Below, piece by piece: positions 54,528 through 64,000 of a stretch of DNA of 64,000 nucleotides. Where the stretch lies: NCBI RefSeq assembly GCF_048593235.1, contig NC_133621.1, positions 177,741,958 to 177,805,957 on the forward strand, read 5' to 3'. The stretch is from Sminthopsis crassicaudata (lineage: Eukaryota). The position numbers and the translations under genes were made by a program. Under the pieces are notes generated by a model. The model ran no database searches. It saw only the letters and a list, made by a program, of their open reading frames with translations, and had not been told where the DNA came from. The number at the start of each line of letters is the position of its first letter. Within the stretch, counting starts at the first letter, position 1.

Positions 54528-55428
54528 TATATGTATATATTATAATATACATAAACATACACATATGTAATGTATTTATATATATGTATGCACAAATGTT
54601 CATTTTTGTAGTGTAGTACAATAGAAAAAAATATTAGATCAGGAACAGAGGAAGCTTGGTTCTGATCTCAACTTAATCATTATGTTATATATTACTTAGA
54701 CAAATCATTTCCAAAAATAGACCTCAGTTTCTGTAGCTGTAAAATGATAGAGTTAGCTAAATAATTCTAAGGTCTTTTCTAATTCTAATGTTCCATGATT
54801 CCATAAACATAAATAGGTAATGGCAGGATTTTTAGGATTTTAGAATTAAAACTAGCTTTAAAAGTTCTATTATAAACGTTATTGACAATACTAGTGGGAT
54901 AATTTTATAGAGGTAAGCTTTAAAGCAGTGTTATATACTATGAGGTTTAATGGTTGGAAACACTTGCTCTTCTTTTCATCTAAAGCCCTTGCCTGAGGAA
55001 TAATAAATGTTGATCCTTTCATCTTATACCTGGCTCAAATAAGGCTATGCTTTTCATTATATGTTTATATTTAGTAACTATATTTAGTTTAGTATGTTAA
55101 ACTAAAAAGTTATATAGGAATATTTTAATGGAGCTATTTTGGGATGTTTAATATGAATAATTCTAAGTAGACAAAATTATTTTGAAAACTTAATAAAGTT
55201 GCAATTGGAAGAAAAAAATGTATGTATGCCCTTTCTTTTCTATTGAAGGGAATTACATACCATGATAGTCAAGAATAAGACTATTGAGAAATGTGAAACC
55301 TGAATTCTAGTAATTTCCCAATTAGTTAGGAAAGACTCCTTTTAACAAAGCCAGTTTGGGTGGTCATGGAAGAAAGAGCTCAAATGGCATTCTAATATCC
55401 TCAGCCATGGCTAGCAATGGCAGCAGCT

Positions 55429-55520
55429 GAGGAAGAGGAGGAGGAAAAAAGGAGGAAAAGGAGGAGGAAGAGGAAGAGGAAGAGGAGGAGGAGGAGAAGG
55501 AAAAGGAAGAGAAGGGAGAG
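55429..55520. repeat. (GAG/AAG)n polypurine repeat
   Basis: About 90 nt composed only of G and A. Confidence 0.88.
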
Positions 55521-58184
55521 ATCCTTTATCCAGCATAGATTTTCAGAAGTAAACTTAATTTATAGAAGAAGAGACAGCAGTAGTCCTAGGGTCAAGAAAT
55601 CTGTTTTATATACCTATATGCTTAGAAGTCATGTAAAAATTTCTCGAGTAAAAAGGGGTCACAAGTGGAAAAAGTTTAAGAAGCTCTGATTTAGATTGTC
55701 AAATCCTGAAATAAATCAGACTCATAAAAGTGGGAAAAGGCATTTTAAATTAAGACAAAAGGGGTCATAAGACTGAGACACTGCCATGAATCTGAGTATG
55801 GGGTATTCAGAGGGAAAAAGTATAAAAAGGTTTTAAAACATTCAGGAGGAAAGAAGGGAGGGGGGCATGTGAGGAATTAGACCTGGCCATGCTACCCTTG
55901 ACAATCTAAGCAAGGAAGTCTGCTTCATTCTGGTCGTTTTTACTCTTCATGATCCAATTTGCCTAAATCTTGATGAGGGGTCTAAAATACTAGGCCAAAT
56001 TAGTTTCTGGATAAAGAATAAAGCAGGATACAGGATAAAGCAGAGCCCAGATTCCCAAGGTGGAGCCCAGTCCAACATATTTGAAAGTAAAGTGCCTTAG
56101 GAGTAGGAAGGCAATGACATTCCTGAGATTATTTTTGTCAGGATGGCTTTTTGACAGAGAAGAAAACATTGCATTTGATGTTGACAATATTAAAATTAAT
56201 TTTCCTGTCAAGACACTGCTCCCAGCGCTGTTGTCCCTGGTGGGGTGAAGCTGGAACATTGATGGAAAGATAGGAAGCCCCAAATATTAAGGACCTGGTA
56301 AAGGAAACCAAGACCAGTCCAGACTGTTCTCCTCTTAGCCAAGCTAGGGTCAAGGCCCTAGCTGAAATGTTCTCTTCTTATTCACAGCTTGTAATCATCT
56401 ATTTAATCTGTTGCATTGGTATGCTATTTTTTTAGAAGAACCTTTGGGTGTGACCAAATTTCTGGAGCCAGTCTGAACACTATTCCTTTATAATGTTCTT
56501 ACATGTCCTATGTAGACATGTTCCTGTAATTTATTTAAGGGATCAACAGAAATTTCTAAATTGACTGAAGCCTTTTCACTATAGTTGTAACACCTTTGAT
56601 TGATTTACTCAGTTTAGTGGAGTTCTATTCCCACCAAGGTGAGATGCCACAATAGCATTTTTATATAGTACTTTGAAACCTTTAAAATGCTGTATAAATG
56701 TTACCTATTGATATTGTTATTGCAGCTATTGTTATTTGATTGATTTACTCTATTGACCCACCATTTACAGAGGAATCATTAATAATAATAACAATAATAA
56801 TAATAGTGTTTATATAGGACTTTAAAGTTTGCAAAGGGCTTTACAAATATGTAATTTTATCCTCACAACAACTCTGGGAGGTAGGCACTATTATTATCCC
56901 CATTTTACAGATGAAGAAACTGAGTCAGACAGAGATTAAATAATTTAATGCAAGATCACAAAGCTAGTAGTAGTGCCTGAGGCCAGATGTCAACTCAGAT
57001 TTCTTGACTCTATCCAAGGTACCACAAAATTCCTGGGAGGTGGTTGGTTGGTAATTATCTTTCTGGAAGTTAGCATCAAGTTAGAATATGTCTGTTACAG
57101 TGTGACCATCAGTCCATCACAAGCTCAGAATGCTCTATCAGTTCAGGCACAAATAATCCAAGTGAGTATTTGGAGTCGATTAACAAAATTTGCATGTCTC
57201 ATGGGTTTTTTTGAGTCACTTTTTGCTCATAGAGCACAACACTTTCTTTGCTGAAGGCCCACCCTGCTGTGTCCCCTGTTACACAATCGATTGCAAGTTT
57301 TTCAGAGAGACCTTGAGAATGACCTTGTATTGCTTCTTCTGATCTCAGGTGAGCATTTGCCCTGTGTGAATTCTCCACAAAATAATCTATTAGGTAAACA
57401 TACATTTGGCATTCAATGGCCAGCCCATCAGAGTTGTGCTCTCTGCTATAGAATGTGAATGGTTGGAGGTTTAGTTTGAGAAAGGAGCTCAATGTCTTGT
57501 TCCTTATCCTGCCAAGTGATCTGCAGAATCTTCCTTAGGAGGTAGAGAATACAAATTGGCCTTGATAGAATTTAGTCTTTCTTTGGTTTCAACCAAGGAT
57601 TGCACACTTTGTGCACAAATCTAAGAGCTAAGAAATGAACAAATCTAAAAAATTGATGTTTCATACTGAGAGCTGAACTTTTAAATGAACACTGGTCTAC
57701 TTATTGGGGAGCACTAAAGGAGACAGTCACATAGGTCCACCTAGAAACAGCCATGCTTGAAGGCCACGTGGCATCTGTAAATCTTCAATGTGATGGTAAC
57801 TGAGTCCCTCTTTTCAGACTAGGTGTGTGAGGGGCTGGGTTTTGAGGTTACAGCTTCTTTTGGTTGATAACTAGGAATATATTCGAGATGAACCATACAA
57901 GTGACTAGTACCATGAAAATATTTTAATAGTCACTGATTGAGATGTCAACAAATTACAAGAAAGATCACTCGGAATATATTTGAGCTTTGAAATTTAAAA
58001 TACAATGACAAATTCAAAGTATGACATAATTTTGTGATCTAAATGAAGTATATAATAAAGAAAAAAAGAAGTAATGTTATCTGTTAAAATTATTTTTCAA
58101 TAATTATCCTTAAAAAACTGAAACTGAGATTACATTTGTAAGTATATATTCCTTTAGAATATAGACCATGTATAGACCATGTTT

Positions 58185-58190
58185 TTTATT
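58185..58190 (-). terminator. Candidate SPX polyadenylation signal
   Basis: TTTATT on + strand (AATAAA on -), about 55 nt past the SPX stop codon. Confidence 0.35.
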
Positions 58191-58244
58191 CACATAAATA
58201 ATGGCTTCAACAGAAATGTAAGGGGAATTTTTTAGTAAATTGGG

Positions 58245-58309
58245 TCATTTTCTCCAGTTTAGTAAATTATCTTCCAAGAATCTTGATTGATCAAAGTTTA
58301 CTGCTCTAG
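58245..58309 (-). CDS. SPX: SPX terminal coding exon 6 (65 bp incl. TGA)
   Basis: minus strand ttttcttacag|CT AGA GCA GTA AAC TTT GAT...TGG AGA AAA TGA; (A)RAVNFDQSRFLEDNLLNWRK* versus human DEEKNFDQTRFLEDSLLNW* (recalled). Confidence 0.92.
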
Positions 58310-59678
58310 CTGTAAGAAAATAAAATAAAATTATAAATTTTGTTTTAAAGCCCAGTACAATCATCAAGGAAATATTATCTGAGTTTAAGGTTCTATGTCC
58401 CCAGATTCTATCTCACCTTCTTCTTCCTCCTCTCCTTCCTGCAAATATTTATCCATCTTGACTTTTCAAGGGTTTTCATTTTGTTAATCATTCTGTCCTT
58501 CATTTACTTTTCTGCCCTTTGGTTCAACAATGTTATATTTTTCAGTTCTTCAGCTTCTTCCATTTCCTTCATGGGCTTACAACAGGATTCTTTCAAAATT
58601 TTTTCTGACTAAACTTTTCCTAGCAGAGATCAGCTGTTTCTAAGCCTTTAGTGATCATTTTAATCATTAAAGATTCCCAAGTTTGACTTCTGATCGGCAT
58701 AGTTCCACCTGACCATTTCCTGCCATCATTGCAAACTGAACTTGACTTTCTAAATTTTTTCATTTTCTAGTGATGGTGTTACCTTCACTTTTGTAATAAT
58801 ATCTCATATGTTTTTTTTTTCCATTTCACTTATAATAAGCCTCTTAAAGTTCAGAGGGAATCATACATCTGAAGCTAGCAGAGACCTTAAAACCATTATG
58901 ATCATCTTCTTCATTTTGCAGTTGAGAAAATGGAGGCACAGAAAGGTACAGATAGCAAGTGGTTGGAGCAGAGTTTGAACACAAATCTTCCTTACCCCAG
59001 GTCCTGTTTCCTATCTACTATGCCACACTGAATCAGTGTGGGTCTGCAACAATAGATCATTAGCAAAATGTTCCTGCTTCCCATACAACATTTTTATTGG
59101 TTTTCAGATTCAAGAAATAGTTACCAGATCATAGTAGACATCTACTCAACCATTCATTTTATAGATGAGGAAACTAAGGTCTAACAAAATTAGACATTTT
59201 GTCTAAGATCCCACAACTACTAAGTGACAAAGTCAGCTTTTGACCTCTGCTTCCCAGATTACAAAGCCCATGCTTTTTCCACTGAGCCATTCCTGTGATA
59301 TAAAATTAGCTTTAGATCGATATATCCTTTATATTTGCTCATCTCTGTGTAACAAAATCATTATCCCTAGTGGTACCCCTCTTAAAAATACAAATTATCA
59401 CTTTAATTTCTGAAAGGGAGACAAAAAATATTCTGAAGTAACAAGTTCTAGGGTGTGATAAATTATTAAATTCATATTAAGCTATATAATCCGAGGAAGG
59501 AATTTTTTGTTTTGTTTTATTTGTTTTGAAGAATTATTATAACAAATATTCTAGCCTCTTCACAATAAACATTGCTATGAATTTGGGGGCTATAATTATA
59601 AAAATTAAAAAATTAAGGGAGTTCAAACAAGAATGAAATTACTTCAAAAGGTCTGATTGTCTTGGAAGGATTCATTCT

Positions 59679-60090
59679 TGGAAGTGGATATCTTCAATAA
59701 AGAGAAGATCTAATTCAGTTCCAATTGATCAGAATCAGCTACACCCAGAGAAGGAACACTGGGAAATAAGTGTAAACTGTTTGCATTTTTGTTTTTCTTC
59801 CCAGGTTATTTTTGCCTTCTGAATCCAATTCTTCCTGTGCAACAAGAAATTTGGTTCTGCACCCATATATTGTATCTAGGATATAACATGTATGGGAATG
59901 CCTGGCATCTAGGGGAGGAGATGGAGGAAAAGAGGGGAAAATTTGGAACAGAAGTGAGTGCAAGGGATAATTTTGTAAAAAAAAATTACCCATGCATATG
60001 TACTGTCAAAAAAAGTTATAATTATAAAGTTAATAAAAAAATAAAGTATCAAAAAAAAACCATCAAAAAAAGAGAAAAAAAAAAAAAAGA
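59679..60090 (+). mobile_element. 5'-truncated young L1 3' end in SPX intron 5
   Basis: 3' UTR text shared with the 38851-39727 copy; patterned A tail; 13-bp TSD AAGGATTCATTCT at 59666-59678 and 60091-60103. Confidence 0.9.
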
Positions 60091-60111
60091 AAGGATTCAT
60101 TCTATATTTAC

Positions 60112-60198
60112 CTTCTTCTGGTGGTTTCTGTAGGGACTCAAAGAACATGGCTGCAGCTTCAGAAATAAGTATTGGGTTTGAACTTTGGCTGCGCTTTT
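60112..60198 (-). CDS. SPX: SPX coding exon 5 (87 bp)
   Basis: minus strand cag|AA AAG CGC...GAA G|gtaaat; (E)KRSQSSNPILISEAAAMFFESLQKPPEE versus human ERRSPNPQLLTIPEAATILLASLQKSPE (recalled); phase 1 at both ends. Confidence 0.9.
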
Positions 60199-61319
60199 CT
60201 GGAGAAATAAAATGTAAACAAATGTTCTCATCACATAATATTAATAGATTATTAATAATTAGATTAATTAGATAACATTCACATAGTGCTTTCTTTGCTT
60301 TACAATTAATTATTACTTGATTTGATCCTTGTAAGGATCCTGAGAGTTAAATAAACAATTTTACAATTTCTGTTTCTTAGCTGAGGTAATTTGGGCTAAT
60401 GGGTTCAAATGACTTGCCCAAAATCACACAGCTAGTAAAGTATCTGAACACATTTGAACTCAGTTCTTTCTGATTCCCAGATCTACATCAACTGCACAAT
60501 TTGACTTCTTCATGAATAGACTGATCCAATAAATATGGTGAAAAGCAAAATCTGTATAAAATAATAGATTTTCAAGGCTCAGCGGGTGGCTCCCTTATTT
60601 TATTTAATATACCAAATTTTGAGCATCTGAATGGCTTCAGTGGATAGAGTATGGGACTGGGGAGTCTAGAAGAAAGGAATTCAAAACTGTGAGCAGGTTG
60701 CAATTAACTGCCTTTGGCCTTAGTTTCCTTATCATAATGAAAGGAACTGGCCTTGATAGCCTTTAAGCTTCCTTCCAGCGCTAAATCTATGATTCTATTA
60801 AAGGACTTAGGACACTTTCTTGGAAATTTATACTGTGACAAAACCTAGAGTAATTTTTCATTGTGAAAATTTAGAGAGGTAATATGATATATTGAATAGA
60901 ACCAGTATTGTATGAAAGAACAAGTCTGAGCCTTTCCTATCTATCTGACTAGGATCTTTTAGATAAAATCATGCTCTGGAGAGTGCCCTATATCTTTTTT
61001 TTTGTTGTTGTTTAATATGTTTTCAATTCTGATTTGATGAAAAATTCATCAACTCACTACGAGTGTGATAACTCTTCATTTGTAATAATTGTTAGTATAT
61101 AAAATAGATGTGTCTGATAAATGCTAAAAATAATGTTAAACTTAACTTGGCATAAGGAAAACTGTTTTCTTTATGAAATTTGATGTAGGAAATTTTAAAT
61201 CTGAAAATCAGTGGCAATACTATAAAACAAGAAGTTTGTATAAATTGTAGATCTGTGAGGTCCCTTTCAGATCTAAAGTTCTATGATTCTAATTGCTTTG
61301 TTTAACAATAAAAAAATTT

Positions 61320-61460
61320 TGGCTAACTAAGTGGCTCAGTGGATAGTGCACTGGTCTTATAGTCAGGAAGATCTGAATTAAAATCTTGCTCTCACATTTA
61401 TTAGCTGTGTGAGCCTGGTTAAGACACAGATTGCCTCCTTAAAAAAAACCAAAAAACAAA
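61320..61460 (+). mobile_element. CORE-SINE (WSINE1/MIR-like)
   Basis: ggctcagtggatagtgcactgg...gtcaggaagatctgaatt...gattgcctcc plus A tail. Confidence 0.65.
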
Positions 61461-63730
61461 ACCATGAACAAAAATTACAAAATGCTTGGATATCAATTTA
61501 ATCTCATCCAAGGAAAACATATTGAATACTTGTCAAGTACTTAGTATTATATACGATATGTTCTGTACTCACTGGTAGGCATTCAGTAATCTAATATTTT
61601 TCCATAATAAGTGGAAAGTTCACTGGTATAAATGCTGAAATTTGGTGGCAAATTCCTAGCTGTTCTGCCCTAAGTTACAATTTCAATAAGGATGTACCAC
61701 AAACAGCAATAAAAACATGTGTGCTACAATTCTTGCTTTTCCACAATATTTTAGGACACTATTTAGTACTACATAGGACATTTTTTTTTTTTTTTGCAAA
61801 AGTGGAGATAGGTGTGCTTTAATAAAAAAAAAAAAAAAAGCCCAACGATTTAATGCTTACTGTGAGTAGTTTTGAAAAGATCATTTTAAGTAGGAAAATT
61901 AGGAGAGGAAGTAGGAATGCATCTGAAACTAAAAATCTGGCTACACCTATTATAATAGTGTCATAGGTTAGCTAGCTTTTCTTCTCTTCCTGAATATTTT
62001 TCTCTTCCTGAAATGGTTGCCTAACCTCTCTGCGATTAAATATGAACTTCTCCATTGAGATTTCAAAGTCCTGCACAATCTGGACCCAACCTGCCTTTCC
62101 AGTCTTATTATTTTTCACTTTTATTAATCTCTGAACCAGATAACTGGCCTTCTTGCTGTGCAATGATACATGAAACTAGATCTACCCCCTAGCTCTCTTC
62201 CATGCATGGGAATACCCAAGAGGCATTTTTGTGCCTCTTAGAGTCTCCCCTTTCATTCAAAGCTTTGCTCAGGGTACACCTTCTACCTGAACCCTTTCTT
62301 GACCAACCTTAACTGCCATTGTCTCCCCTTGAAATCTCTACCTTGTATTATTCTAAACATACTTATTATGTAGATAACATTTGACCCCCAAAGAATGTAA
62401 GTGCTTTAAAAAGTTTATTTTTGTATAATATCTCCAGCACTTTCCCATCTCAGATGCATTATAGTAAGTAGCTTAATAAGTGTTTGTTGGTTGACATTTT
62501 CATATATAATATATATATAAATAGTATGCATATATAACATCCACATATAATATGAGATACAATATAAATATATCCATGAATATATATAGATATATATAAT
62601 ATACTTGTACATAGATATAATATGCACAGTTCATTTGTGCAGAAAATATGCAGTGAGTTAACTCCTTCCCTTCAATATGGATCAACATCTGTTCTGAAAC
62701 TTAAGAGTCTGAAATAGTTTAAATGACCTGTCCAAGATCATGTAGTTGCTATTGTATCAGAGGAAGGACTGCAATCTAAGTCTTTCTGACTGCAGTACTG
62801 GCTTTCTATTCACTATGCCACCTTTATCTCATTATAAATATGCTGGCACTTAAATCTTATGCTCAGTATCAACCTTTTCAAACACAGAAGAATAGATCAC
62901 ATTTAGACTTTTAAGAATGAAGTTTAAACAAAAGTTATTTTAATGAAGTAACAATGTTATTTTTCCTAAACATCTAAGACTACTCCTCCTACCACATTTT
63001 AAGCACATCTGCTTTTGGTTACCCAAATATCTTACTTATCTGCCTGTTGATTTTGGCACATTTTGCAAAACTGTCTGATTTTCATCCCTGACTGCTCCCC
63101 TTTATGACTGCAGTTGTTTTGTAGTTGGTAAGATAAACAGTAACCACAAGAAAATACCCCACTTTAGCACAGGGCTAAGTTATCTTTTCTTGTGGAAATG
63201 GATTTTTTTGGGGCATGAAACCTATCTCCTTTCCTTGATATAGTTCTTAGCACTGTGCCTCGCACATAATAAGTGCTTTATAAATATCAGTTGACTGATT
63301 GATAGGATCAGTGGACAGCCCAGTGAATTTGATTCAATATATACACAATTCTCATAATTCTCATACCAACTCTACACTTATTTTGTTACATTACTCTGAT
63401 TTCCCAATTTCTGTTTTTTTAACCTGAAAATGAAGTAATTGGACTTTATGGTTTCTAAAATCCTTTCTTTTCCAGTCCAACATTTTATGATGTAGTGAAT
63501 CACAGCAAAGTATGCTCCCCCTTTCTAGGATGCAGTGGAAAGAACACTGGTTTGGAGTCAAGGGACCTTGGTCACTTGCTGATCCTGAATAAGTTATGTA
63601 ATTTCTTTAGATATCAGTCCCTTCTCCCTATGATGAGTTTTAAATTATTGAATTATCTAATAATCAGACAAAATAATTTCTGCTGTTCCTTCCAGCTTGA
63701 AAGCATCTGGTGTCTTTGTGTTTCTCTTAC

Positions 63731-63793
63731 CCAGCTGTAGTCTGTTGTAGAGATCTTTCCTCCTGCTCTCCTCTGAGATGAAGTGGCGGCCTT
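63731..63793 (-). CDS. SPX: SPX (spexin) coding exon 4 (63 bp)
   Basis: minus strand tag|AA GGC CGC CAC TTC...CTG G|gtaaga; (Q)GRHFISEESRRKDLYNRLQL, aligning with human QGRRFISDQSRRKDLSDRPLP (recalled); convergent position after GYS2 matches human synteny. Confidence 0.93.
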
Positions 63794-64000
63794 CTATAAG
63801 ACAAAACAAGAAAAACCTATAGTAGTTTCAAATGGCTTCTGTGGGATGCTGACTGCAGCTTTGGAGCCGGGCAGGCAAATTGAATGACTTCTCTCTTATA
63901 CTTATACAATGTGTAAGACACACACTGAGGAGGATGGCTTGGCCCTACTAAGTAACAGGGAAGGGAACAGAGAGAAATAATCTCTGATTTCACTTGATAA

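Noticed and set aside
55417-55689. MAAAEEEEEEKRRKRR... ORF as an acidic/basic nuclear protein
   Set aside because: It is the translation of the GAG/AAG repeat; no splice or homology support
63796-64000. SPX exon 3 encoding NWTPQAMLYLKGA
   Set aside because: Not found on the minus strand; presumed beyond the window end, so the mature peptide sequence cannot be confirmed

Overview
This is AT-rich mammalian genomic DNA. The repeat families (WSINE1-like and MAR1-like SINEs, marsupial-type L1, RTE) point to a marsupial, probably a dasyurid; that is an inference from repeats only. The + strand carries coding exons 4-16 of GYS2 (liver glycogen synthase, 4237-51944). All 12 introns are GT-AG and the frame is continuous to TGA; exons 1-3 lie upstream of the window. 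The - strand carries the last three coding exons of SPX (spexin/NPQ; 63793-63731, 60198-60112, 58309-58245), convergent with GYS2 and absent from the ORF track. Most of the rest is retroelement remnants, simple repeats and four N gaps. I found no prokaryote-type system, CRISPR array or intact mobile-element ORF. The most notable observations: (1) the spexin Gly-Arg-Arg processing site reads Gly-Arg-His; (2) a 37-nt 3'-truncated U6 retrocopy with a perfect 13-bp TSD and 4-nt priming microhomology; (3) an isolated L1 reverse-transcriptase fragment between degenerate direct repeats; (4) an L1 inserted 9 nt from an SPX splice donor; (5) an L1 lacking its RT region. Comparisons to human proteins and repeat consensuses are from memory and need confirming by alignment. 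Boundaries of old repeats are approximate.
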